The notes under the pieces are model-generated. The model saw only the letters and a program-made list of their open reading frames with translations, was not told the DNA's origin and searched no databases. Shown here piece by piece: positions 1 through 9,493 of a DNA stretch of 44,104 bases. The position numbers were made by a program, and so were the translations under genes. How positions within the stretch are numbered: the first letter of the stretch is position 1; each line of letters opens with the position of its first letter. Source of the DNA: Nemertoderma westbladi (Eukaryota; Animalia; Xenacoelomorpha); assembly GCA_032718475.1 (NCBI GenBank), contig JAUCBJ010008417.1, positions 1 through 44,104 on the forward strand, read 5' to 3'.

Positions 1-290
1 TTGTTCGGCCTCCTGTTTGCGTTGTTCAGCCTGTCGTTCGTCCTCTCTTCTATGTTGTTCGGCCTGCCGTTCGGCCTCTCGTCTATGTTGTTCGGCCTCC
101 TGTTTGCGTTGTTCGGCCTGCCGTTCGGCCTCTCGTCTATGTTGTTCGGCCTCCTGTTCGCGTTGTTCGGCCTCCTGTTTGCGTTGTTCGGCCTGTCGTT
201 CGGCCTCTCGTCTATGTTGTTCGGCCTCCTGTTCGCGTTGTTCGGCCTGTCGTTCGGCCGCTTGTTCGGCCTCTCGCCTTTGTGTTTCGG
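1..290 (-). repeat. In-frame tandem repeats encoding a Glu/Gln/Arg/Ala coiled coil
   Basis: GGCCGAACAAC/GGCCGAACG units recur through 1-290 on the minus strand. Confidence 0.9.
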
Positions 291-918
291 CGGCTAGTAC
301 ATCTTGCTCGGCTTGCAGTTGAATATACTCATCTTCCATCCGAGCTTTGAGGGCTAATGCCTTCCGTTCTCTCAGTTGGTCTCGGAGTGGCGGCGCCCCT
401 TGAGAACTGCGCGCTGAGCCGGATATCTCGCTCCTAGCGCTGGAGTGCTGATTTCTGGTGGACCCCATTCTCTTGTGATGTACTCCTGTCCTGATGCTGG
501 AGGATCGTACTGATTCCGCGTCTGTTCTTTCAGCCCTCTTGTAATACTGTTCCTCATAGCCTCTCACCAGGCTGAGGGTCCTCCGGTGTTGTTTGCGGAA
601 CCCATCTAGATGTACAACGTGTTCTTCCAGCTTGGGGTAGTTTTCCTGATCGGTGGGAGGAACGAGCTCTTGGTACGCCTGTATCATTCTTTCGTACCGC
701 TGTAGGATATTTCGGATACTTTGAAGCTGAGTTTGTACCTCATTGAGGGGTGTTTTGACTCCCTTGAGTTGTTTCTCCATCCGTTGATACGCTCGGGTTA
801 CTCCGCCTTTAAGAGCCCCTAACCGACGGGTCATGTTCTTGACGTTTGGGACCTCGTCGGCTTCCGAGTCTGTGTGGTGATCCATCTCGTCGGTATCGGA
901 TATGTTATTTGTGGTCAT
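1..918 (-). CDS. Gag/polyprotein N-terminus, >=306 aa, open at the window edge (missing from the ORF track because there is no stop)
   Basis: Manual translation from ATG 918: MTTNNISDTDEMDHH...NMTRRLGALKGGVTRAYQRMEKQL...SVRSSSIR...SARSEISGSARSS...RKALALKARMEDEYIQLQAEQ, then EAEQ/RRE repeats. Helical region, Ser/Arg linker, then coiled coil, as in BEL/Pao N-termini. Confidence 0.75.
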   Translation of the reverse strand, partial: MTTNNISDTDEMDHHTDSEADEVPNVKNMTRRLGALKGGVTRAYQRMEKQLKGVKTPLNEVQTQLQSIRNILQRYERMIQAYQELVPPTDQENYPKLEEHVVHLDGFRKQHRRTLSLVRGYEEQYYKRAERTDAESVRSSSIRTGVHHKRMGSTRNQHSSARSEISGSARSSQGAPPLRDQLRERKALALKARMEDEYIQLQAEQDVLAAETQRREAEQAAERQAEQREQEAEQHRREAERQAEQRKQEAEQREQEAEQHRREAERQAEQRKQEAEQHRREAERQAEQHRREDERQAEQRKQEAEQ

Positions 919-1106
919 TGTAACGCCTCGTCGATGGCGAGATACGCGATGTCGTAAAACAGTTCCTCGTAGGTATTGTACTCAGCTTGGACCACCCGAA
1001 CAGTAATCCTGAATCGTCCAACGTTCGTTCCTTGTACCTCAACTTCGACGTGCCAGATTCCTGGCTCAACTTGAATTATATCAATGGGTGTGATCGATAC
1101 TTCCAT
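915..1106 (-). CDS. 63-aa upstream ORF whose stop overlaps the gag start (ATGA)
   Basis: ATG start, protein-like amphipathic pattern; TGA at 917-915 overlaps ATG at 918-916. Confidence 0.45.
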   Translation of the reverse strand: MEVSITPIDIIQVEPGIWHVEVEVQGTNVGRFRITVRVVQAEYNTYEELFYDIAYLAIDEALQ

Positions 1107-1767
1107 TCCCTGTTAACAACTCTCCCGAATTGTGATCTGCCGACTACGAGTTGGTTAGATCGAGTTTGCTGATTAATTAAACCACGACTTTGTCTCAACT
1201 CAAATACCAGAGTTTCCTCGTAGTGGGTGCTGGCAAGCACGTAGAGAGTTTTTGAAGAGTATTGAAGGATTCTCAACTTCCACCAGTTGAAGTTGACCGC
1301 GATAATTATTCTTAATTTTGACACCCTGTCAAAATTAACCACGTGAATTATTCTTAATTTTGTTGCCGTTATTCCTACACCAGGGGGAAAAACGCCGATG
1401 CTGGAGACGTGACTTAACAGACCACCGAGCCCCGGCCAGTCACCGGATATTGATTGTGGGGAGGGAATATTTCTAAGATGCAAGTTTGCGGTTGAGAAAA
1501 GCTGCATTAGTTGGATATACTCTTTAATGTAACTTCCTATAGTTGAAACCTGTTCAACATCATTGAAACCTGATTAAGAATAATTTTGGGCTTCCCCAAA
1601 TCAATATACACCAAATATTCACAATAAGTATACACGATAATATAAATCCCTACGGTATATTATTTAATAACCCACTGTTCGCTCAGAATTTTAGCCTACC
1701 TAATGTACCCCAGATTTTCCCTCAGTCCCAGTCTTAGTGCCGTAGTGTCGGTGTCGGTCGACCCTGT

Positions 1768-2556
1768 CGCGTGTCCGTTCCACCCCTCACGAACCCCGAA
1801 GGGAACGATCATCGAGAACCAGCCCGGCTTGGCTAAGGGTCGGTCCAGTCGGTAGACTCTGTCGCGTATCCGTACCACCCCTCTCGAACCCCGAAGGGTT
1901 CGGTCATCGAGAACCAGTACGGCTTGGCTAAGAGTCTGTCGTGTCGGTGGACCCGTTCGCGTGTCCGTTCCACCCCTCACAAACCCCGAAGGGTTCGATC
2001 ATCGAGAACCAGAATGGCTTGGCTAGGGGTCCGTCAGTTCATTACAGAAACCCAACCACCTAGGCTTTCCGAGTCCGTTTCAGGCTCGTAGTCGCTTCGG
2101 CAGCCGAGAAACTGCTCCGAACAGTCGGTAGGCCAGTAGAGTCTAGTCGAGTCTAGTCCTTTGTCTTTCAACCCCATCGCGTGTCCGTTCCACCCCTCAC
2201 GAACCCCGAAGGGAACGATCATCGAGAACCAGAATGGCTTGGCTAAGGGGTCTGTCGTCGGTTCCCGTCGCAAATCACAGTCAAGCAGTCAGCGTTCCGA
2301 GTTCTTTTCAGGCTCGTAGTAGCTGCAGTTGACCCGAGACCGCTAAGGGCAGTCCTTGTCAAATCAGTCCTGTGGCCAGCCCTTTCGCATGTCCGTCCCA
2401 CCCCTCACGAACCCCGAAGGGATCGGTCATCGAGAACCAGTACGGCTTAGGTCAGGGGGCAGTCTTAACTTGGCCACCTGTTCGCGTGTCCGCTCCACCC
2501 CTCACGAACCCCGGGGTTCGATCATCGAGAACCAGAACGGCTTGGCTACTAAGGGG
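1768..2556 (-). repeat. Six copies of a ~70-bp structured unit with variable spacers
   Basis: Units start at 1768, 1863, 1958, 2178, 2386, 2483; minus-strand core CTGGTTCTCGATGAYCGWWCCCTTCGGGGTTCGTGAGGGGTGG. Confidence 0.95.
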
Positions 2557-2749
2557 CCGTCGGTGCCCGTCGCAAATCCCTGACGCAAGCAGTCAGCGTT
2601 CCGAGTTCTTTTCAGGCTCGTAGTAGCTGCCGTTGGCCAGGGACCGCTAAGGGCAGTCCTTGTCCTTTAGGCCTGGTGCATTACCAAATCCACCCCTACA
2701 GGCAGCAGGAAGTTGGCCGGGGCCTAATAGTACTCAGGCTAACCTGAAT

Positions 2750-2785
2750 ACTGCTTGCATTTTCCATCCCCCCTGGCCCTTATAA
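2750..2785 (-). promoter_or_regulatory. Putative LTR core promoter (TATA + initiator)
   Basis: Minus-strand TTATAAG at 2785-2779 and GCAGT initiator-like motif with its A at 2752, ~32 nt apart. Confidence 0.5.
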
Positions 2786-3119
2786 CTATAAAATTATTCC
2801 CGTACCCTGTAAGTTGCCCCAAAGTTTGCCCATAAATCGCCCCCAGTTTATTGAATGTGCCCAAAACCCATGGTCCCGCACCCAGTAGTAATATCGGAAT
2901 AATCAATTTTAATAAAATACAAAAATATTCAACTCGCGTTATGGAAAGTTGAAATACCGCGAACACCCTACTCTTATAGTGTTAACATTCACTTAATAAC
3001 TACATACTCTATTTCGATTAATGTTTTGATTGTTTATAAATTAAAAAAAATTTACGCTCGCTACGCTTGCGCAACATACCCCACTTTTACTGTTAACATT
3101 CACTTAATAACTACATACT

Positions 3120-3245
3120 CTGTACGCGTCCAAAGTAAGCACCACGCATACTATGTACATGTTCAAATTAAGCACCAGACCCCACAGTACGTACGCATCC
3201 AAAGTAAGTACCACACCACACAGTATGTATGCGTCCAAAGTAAAC
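3120..3245 (+). repeat. ~33-36 bp imperfect tandem repeat, about 4 copies
   Basis: TGTACGCGTCCAAAGTAAGCACCAC-like units. Confidence 0.8.
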
Positions 3246-4346
3246 TCAATTTCAAATCAGATATTTGATAAGGACCCAAAAATGACTAATGACAAGAGTG
3301 CTAGTGTGAGGTCACTTATGACACTATGTCATAATATGCGATATATATATGACTGCGTGGGTAAAGATAACTTGTTCAGTGAAATTGCTGATGATGAAAC
3401 ATTTACATGGCCAGATCATTACCCAGTATTGGATGATAACGTATTTAGGGATCTTAATGTCTTCAACAATGACCAACGATTTGTTTATAGTTTGGTATCG
3501 AAACATACCTTCACTGGATCTAATCTTAAACACTCTATACTTAAGGTTGGAACACGTTGGCTAAATACACTGGGGAGTTTACTTCATATCATTATACTGT
3601 TGCCCAAACTGACAACTGCCTTAATTAATCTCCGTGCCAACAGGTATTTTAAATCAAAGTCTGATGAAGCTATTTGTATTAATACGAAGGAGATGCTATC
3701 ATCATCAAAGTTAGTTTCCCATAGTGAGACATTTGTCAGGTTTGGTGTTGTTTATTTCAAAGCACATAGGCTTGCTGTTGATTCCAATGGGTCAAATATA
3801 ATAAGGAGCACACTTGAGATAACCAATATGCTAGCTAATGTTGGAAATGATTTAAATCTACCAAGTGTTTACTTTGATGCCATCGAAAGACATCTATATA
3901 ACCTTGATGCGACTCTTCTCCCTTTGGACATCACCTATAAATCCACAGTAGTCCAAGAAATCAAAAAGTTTAGTTCCTTGGGAGGTCAAGTGAATTTTTC
4001 CGAGAGGGTGGTTCTTAAATTTTCTAAAAACAAACTGTCATCTTTAACTATATCAGACTTGGTTAAACATCCTGGGTGGATAAAGCGATTACAAGTATCT
4101 CCACTCTTTCACCATATCCCGGAATTGCAAGACACTGCAGTCATGGAATCTGTATATAATCAGAAAGATAAACATTCTGAGATATGGCAAAGAATTACTC
4201 AGATTGGGGAAGTGATAACAGGACACAACCAACCTGCAGAGAGACTCGTCAGTGAACTCCATGAAACAACCAACTTTGAAAAGATCTTTGTTAAATATGA
4301 AGAGCGAGCAGATAGGAAGAGAGTATGTAAACACATACCCAAGTAA
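3153..4346 (+). CDS. 397-aa ORF, probably the C-terminal half of a divergent hAT-like DDE transposase
   Basis: KVGTRWLN resembles the hAT TRW motif; GHNQPAERLVSEL resembles the catalytic-Glu motif (HxQxxERxV); no N-terminal catalytic Asp motifs recognised. Confidence 0.45.
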   Translation: MYMFKLSTRPHSTYASKVSTTPHSMYASKVNSISNQIFDKDPKMTNDKSASVRSLMTLCHNMRYIYDCVGKDNLFSEIADDETFTWPDHYPVLDDNVFRDLNVFNNDQRFVYSLVSKHTFTGSNLKHSILKVGTRWLNTLGSLLHIIILLPKLTTALINLRANRYFKSKSDEAICINTKEMLSSSKLVSHSETFVRFGVVYFKAHRLAVDSNGSNIIRSTLEITNMLANVGNDLNLPSVYFDAIERHLYNLDATLLPLDITYKSTVVQEIKKFSSLGGQVNFSERVVLKFSKNKLSSLTISDLVKHPGWIKRLQVSPLFHHIPELQDTAVMESVYNQKDKHSEIWQRITQIGEVITGHNQPAERLVSELHETTNFEKIFVKYEERADRKRVCKHIPK

Positions 4347-4531
4347 ACTCACATCATCTAATTCATAAACATATATGGCAGTGATGACTGCTTAAATTTG
4401 TACCTTGTAATTGTTCTTTATGTTACTGGAGTCAAAATACAATATAATGGCACAATTTCCTGAACATTATATATATATATATATATACATGTATCCAACA
4501 CGAACCATTATGGTCACTATTTGGAAAGCTG

Positions 4532-6121
4532 TTATGAAGCTTCTTTTTTACTTATAATCGTATAGCAGGCATCAAAATCATATACAACCTCATATGCAGA
4601 TAAAATCATCTCATCAGAAAATACAACAGAATCAAACAATTTCTCAACATGATCTTTTAATTCATCATTATCTACAGAATTGTACAAACCAGAAAACTTT
4701 TCTTTGAAAAGGTCACAGATTTGCTGCTCACCTACAGCATCGCCCACCTTACTGGGCAGAGGCACAGTAGAACTGCAATTACTCTTAACAATACGCCAAA
4801 AATCATTCGCGTTTTTAGCATAGACATAATGGGCCATTTTATCAGAACGAATCTGCTGTTCATTCCGTTTACAGTCCTTAAGTGACCGTTTGAATTCCAA
4901 TTTAGATTTAATGTAAATCTGAAACATAGGTCCAGATCTAGGGCAGCCATTTGACTTCCAAAGTCTAAAGAACATTTTAGATTCATCGTATTTAAATTTT
5001 AGAATTTCATTCCAGCCGGGAATAACTTTTGGACCGTTATTATAGTTGCGATGTTTTTGGGGCAATGTTTTTACAGCAATGGTCAACTGCATTGCAGCAA
5101 TAACATTCTCATAATAATCGTTAATATCAGATTTGTGAACACTACAGTTGCACAACCCATTGGTACAATTTAATGCATCAAAGGGTATATTAACTGAATT
5201 TAATAAAGAATTAAGAAGGGTGGAATACGATTCACGTTCACAATTAGACACTTTTACCCAATCAGTGTTATCACGCACAGAATCACCGCCCTCTCCAGAC
5301 ACATTAGGTTCTGGGGAAGATAGATAACCCGGAGCAAAATTAATGTCGGTTACAACCGGCATATGATCGAAAGTGCATTGATCGTAATCAACAGATACAT
5401 TTGTTATTAAATTGCTAGCACCCATAGAGCTGACCACGTGGTCCAGCCAGGAACAGGTTCCATGGGCGGCACTGACAAAGGTAAAAGTATCTGGAGGTAA
5501 TACATTTATATCCGAGAATATAAATTTATTACTCAAGCACCATTGTTGTAAATAATTAAAATATCTAGAGTCAAGGGATGCATTAAAGTCCCCTATTGCA
5601 CAGCACAGTGAAGTATCAGCACAATCAAATATTGCTGCGATTTTTCCTAAACAATTAAGAAATTCATTGTCATTATCTGAGCACTGATATGGGAGGTAGG
5701 TGTTAACTAAAAGAATAGACTGGTTATTAACGCTGCTAATTTTTATACCAAAGAGTCTATTATCATCAAAATTTATGATGTCAACAGACCCGGCTAAACT
5801 AGATTTGTAAAGGATACCGAGACCACTGGAGGGTCTCCCGTTAATTAAGTTTAAACTGAGGTCACAGGGAGATATACCCTGGGCGTAATAGCGACTATCA
5901 ATGGACGACAAAAACCCTATGTCCTGTACAGGTAACATATGCTCCTGTAAGAATATAATGTCACAGGATAGATCACACAGGCCTCTAATTGCACTTAACG
6001 AATGTGGTGTTCGCACAGAGTTGCAGTTGTAAGAGGCAACTTTAAGGTTGCCGATATTCTCAGTTATTCGACTTGTTGATGCCATTGATACAAATAATAA
6101 AATGTACAAAAATATATTCAT
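4532..6121 (-). CDS. Non-LTR retrotransposon ORF2, AP-endonuclease domain plus linker, truncated before RT
   Basis: APE motifs SYNCNS, DIIFLQEH, NTYLP, GDFNA, WLDHVV, DHMPV; PGWN linker; no RT motifs. Confidence 0.92.
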   Translation of the reverse strand: MNIFLYILLFVSMASTSRITENIGNLKVASYNCNSVRTPHSLSAIRGLCDLSCDIIFLQEHMLPVQDIGFLSSIDSRYYAQGISPCDLSLNLINGRPSSGLGILYKSSLAGSVDIINFDDNRLFGIKISSVNNQSILLVNTYLPYQCSDNDNEFLNCLGKIAAIFDCADTSLCCAIGDFNASLDSRYFNYLQQWCLSNKFIFSDINVLPPDTFTFVSAAHGTCSWLDHVVSSMGASNLITNVSVDYDQCTFDHMPVVTDINFAPGYLSSPEPNVSGEGGDSVRDNTDWVKVSNCERESYSTLLNSLLNSVNIPFDALNCTNGLCNCSVHKSDINDYYENVIAAMQLTIAVKTLPQKHRNYNNGPKVIPGWNEILKFKYDESKMFFRLWKSNGCPRSGPMFQIYIKSKLEFKRSLKDCKRNEQQIRSDKMAHYVYAKNANDFWRIVKSNCSSTVPLPSKVGDAVGEQQICDLFKEKFSGLYNSVDNDELKDHVEKLFDSVVFSDEMILSAYEVVYDFDACYTIISKKEAS

Positions 6122-6200
6122 AATTGGTTATTGCTTAAAAAGTATAAAAAATATTAAAACTGAAAATTGATTAAGATAAATTAATATATATATATTTAGG

Positions 6201-6450
6201 TTATGAGGTATCGGGACCGGTACTAATGCTTTTCTCCGAAATAACGGCGTTACTTACATCAGTTACCGGTACCTGCTGATGGGTGCCCGGTTGGGAATCC
6301 GCTCTAGGTGGTAGTGGTGTCACTCCGACCGATGTAACCTGCTGCTGAGGTTGTGAGGAGCTACGGGCAGCCGAGAGGGAACCGGTAGGCCGCTGTTGGG
6401 AGACGAAGTTACCGATACGACAGTAACGGGGCCAGATATCACCATCAAGA
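6201..6450 (-). pseudogene. C-terminal remnant of LINE ORF1
   Basis: Manual translation YLDGDIWPRYCRIGNFVSQQRP...PDTS*; LDxxxWP...F resembles ORF1 C-termini; ends 80 bp before the ORF2 ATG. Confidence 0.55.
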
Positions 6451-6451
6451 T

Positions 6452-6655
6452 ATCGGCACCTGTGTTGACACCTGTGTCGGCACCCGTGTCGGCACCTGTG
6501 TCTGCACCTGTGTCGGCACCTATGTCGGCACCTGTGTCTGCACCTATGTCGGCACCTGTATCGGCACCTATGTCAGCACCTGTGTCAGCACCTATGTCAG
6601 CACCTGTGTCGGGACCTATGTCGGCACCTATCTCGGCACCTGTGTCGGCACTGTA
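6452..6655. repeat. 12-bp minisatellite, about 16 copies
   Basis: GGCACCT(G/A)TGTC repeated. Confidence 0.95.
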
Positions 6656-7127
6656 TCTGCATCTTTTTACACTTTTTAAGATTTTGTCATGTTAAATGCT
6701 GACCGATTACTTCAATTTCTATAACAAGACGCAATTTTTTTGATTATATGGCTGTGTTGTCTGTTTGAAACCGAAAATGTCGAACCTTACCGTGCCACTT
6801 GGTACATAATTGTTACATAGATTTAAATTTAAAACAAAAGATAAATGCGAATTAGGTACCTATAAATATTTATTTGTAATAATCACACTCTTTGAAAACC
6901 TGTGGCCCATATGACCCATGCTGCAATTAAACGTGGTAATAAAACTGAAGTAAAAAGCTCCAATAAATTTAACTTTTAACAAATTATGTTATTTAAATCC
7001 AAAAAAACCTGTTAAAAACGAAAAATAATATTGCTAATGATGGGAACCTAATTGTAGTCTCATAGGGATAGTGAATTAAAATTATATTAATTATTAAATT
7101 ATTTATACTATTAATTAAAAAACTTAC

Positions 7128-7990
7128 TCTTAGCTGCTCTCCGGTGAAGAAGGGCGACGTAAACTGCCACGATGAAAACACATGTGGCAGTACACGTCGC
7201 CCTTCTCCATCGTATACGGGCGGCAGGAGAACGTCGCCCTCAATGGCCCAGACGGCCGGGCCAGGTTGACGGAAACAGGGGCATTGGCCGCTGGTCCCTT
7301 TTAACCCATTGCAAACAGCCCCTCCGCATACTCTATTCATTGTTGTCTAGAATATAAAATGTATAATAAGTGTCATTGACATGGGAATATTCATAAATGA
7401 GTGTAGCTCGTGTACATACTGTAATACATTACATTTTTATCAACACCCCCCCCCCCCCACCCTTTCAGAAACTTTAAAAAACTCTCTCTTTCTCCTTCAC
7501 TCATGCTGCATTACATAATTAAAAATAAGTAAAATTGTAAGTTTAAGTAATAAATTTTACAACCAACCCCCGTAAGTTCAAAATTTGCAATGTGAAGGCA
7601 AAAGCCTTGCAAATCCGAGGCCTCAAAAGTGATAACATGCTGCGGGAAGGCAACTGGCCGTGGTCAGTGAACGGGGGGGGGGGGGGGGGGGGAGTCTGGA
7701 GCTAATGACGGGGAGAAGGGTCGACTCCCCACCACGGAATCCCGGCTCAAGAAGTGCGACGAAAGACCCCATGCCGATGCCATTTATGTAGAATCTCGCG
7801 GTTTCGGTGGGGGTGAGCTGCATGATTATGAATGTCATTCCAGATGAAAGGTCCCTAAAAACAAAAAATAAATTGCACTTTATTTAGCATATCCCTCCCA
7901 TACAGTATTCGGACAACTGTTCGATTTTGTCAATCCCAGTTGATTATAATGTACCTGAGAAGCTATTCGACATGACTGATCAGATCACAA
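7128..7990 (-). pseudogene. Remnant of an intron-containing gene of unknown function
   Basis: Acceptor TTTTTAG before exon DLSSGMTFIIMQL... (~7854); Cys-rich exon VCGGAVCNG...CPCF (~7347-7128) ending at a GTAAGT donor; reading disrupted near a 21-nt G/C homopolymer. Confidence 0.5.
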
Positions 7991-8213
7991 AATTTTATTT
8001 TTCGTTATTTAATATTAGTTTACACTAGCTAACAATGATAATAACTTTGTTGCGTTTGAAACCCTAAGGCTTTTACAATTTTGTATCTAATCACATGTAA
8101 GTTTTTTTTATAACATGAGAAAGGCTGGGGCAACATCTATCAGACGGAACTTGAAGTGCAGCGCCTTTGGTAGAACTCAATGGCAGGTTTTATCAGCCAG
8201 GTTCATTTCAATA

Positions 8214-8268
8214 TTTGATCAAACTTTGATCGATGTTTGATCAAAGTTTGATCAATGTTTGATCAAAG
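8214..8268. repeat. Five 11-bp units built on the palindrome TTTGATCAAA
   Basis: TTTGATCAAAC TTTGATCGATG TTTGATCAAAG TTTGATCAATG TTTGATCAAAG. Confidence 0.9.
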
Positions 8269-8504
8269 GAATGCTTTTTCAGAGCGGGACTGTAGGTTCA
8301 TCATTTAAATCGAATTCTCCAACTAATGCCTCAAATTTATCTTTAAGATCATTGCCAAACATCTCCCTACGACTTCTGGTACATCTACTATATACTGCAT
8401 ATCGAACATAGTTGAGCAATATATTTTGTATTGGGCTCCTATTTTTTTCTTCTTCCCGAAGAATGGAATGGATCGCATAATTCTGCAATGTGTTACACAA
8501 AAGA

Positions 8505-8706
8505 AGAGCGGGAGGCGAGAGTAGAGAAGGAGCATAAAGAGCGAGAGTAGAGAAGGAGCATAAAGAGCGAGAGACGAGAATAGAGAGCGAGCGTAAAGAG
8601 CGAGAGACGAGAATAGAGAGCGAGCGTAAAGAGCGGGAGACGAGAATAGAGAACGGGTATAGAGAGCGGGAGGCGAGGGAGGCAGAATTAGCGAACCAAA
8701 GTTTGC

Positions 8707-8746
<40 letters not shown>

Positions 8747-9310
8747 GGAAAGTGTATGCGGGATAATATGCATGCCCAGTTAAGGGGGCTTATTGCAATA
8801 CCAGGCAAAGCAAAAGCGCCGATTAGAACTGGCACAGTTGGCATTATCTGAGAGTGAGGCCGGTTCGGGTAGTATTTATGAGGAGCCCGAAGTAATGGAA
8901 ACGTTTGTTAATACCCCACTTACAGGCACCGGGCGACAGACCCAGGACTGTTGTAACCGTACAGACGGGGGGGGGGTAATAATAATGCTTTGGAAGGAAT
9001 TAATATTAATAGTACTGTAGTAGACAACCCTAATCAAACCTTTGTTGCAGGAAATAATATTTTACCCGGTAATAATAATTTTGACCTAAATGTGCAAAAT
9101 AATCCAAATAATATTAATTCAAACATACGAAATAATCCAAATAATAATATTAATTCAAACGTACAAAATAATCCAAATAATAATATTAATTCAAATGTAC
9201 AAAATAATCCAAATAATAATATTAATTCAAACATACAAAATAATCCAAATAATAATTCCAATTTGAATGTACAAAGTAATCCAAATAATAACCCCAATTC
9301 CGAACAAAAT
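8505..9310 (+). pseudogene. Decayed BEL/Pao-like gag fragment (coiled coil + Asn-rich region), related to 37550-38095
   Basis: QYQAKQKRRLELAQLALSESE...TPLTGTGR and ININSTVVDNPN match the 36594 and 37771 ORFs; 36-bp repeats encode NVQNNPNNNINS. Confidence 0.85.
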
Positions 9311-9493
9311 AGGAACAGACATATTTATATATACTATTTTATATATATTTTCTGAAATATGTAATGCCTTAAGTTTGGATTATTCTGGATTAGTTATATA
9401 TATATATATACGAACCGGGAAAATACATTTATATACTTTATTCTGGAATACATAATGCCTAATATACGTACCAGTATATACATGACAGTTGCA

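Larger units (their letters stand above)
1..2965 (-). mobile_element. 5' portion of an LTR retrotransposon (BEL/Pao-like): 5' LTR, leader, gag N-terminus; runs off the window start
   Basis: LTR with TGTTCGC...GCGAACA termini at 1676-2965, followed on the minus strand by a long open coiled-coil ORF (918 to <1). The BEL/Pao assignment rests on gag architecture only; no pol is in the window. Confidence 0.7.
1676..2965 (-). repeat. Long terminal repeat (1290 bp)
   Basis: 7-bp terminal inverted repeat TGTTCGC (1676-1682) / GCGAACA (2959-2965). Flanks CCCAC and CCCTA differ, so not a solo LTR with TSD. TATA/Inr inside. Confidence 0.7.

Noticed and set aside
1-322. Plus-strand ORFs 1-297 and 17-322
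   Set aside because: Antisense shadows of the repetitive minus-strand gag
1768-2556. CRISPR array, hammerhead ribozyme or SECIS interpretation of the repeat
   Set aside because: Eukaryotic context, ~70-bp repeats, irregular spacers and no cas genes. The hammerhead core needs CUGANGA...GAAA, which is absent. A SECIS needs a longer upper helix and apical adenosines.
6396-6695. SAPV/SAPM repeat protein
   Set aside because: Translation of a 12-bp minisatellite; no other coding evidence
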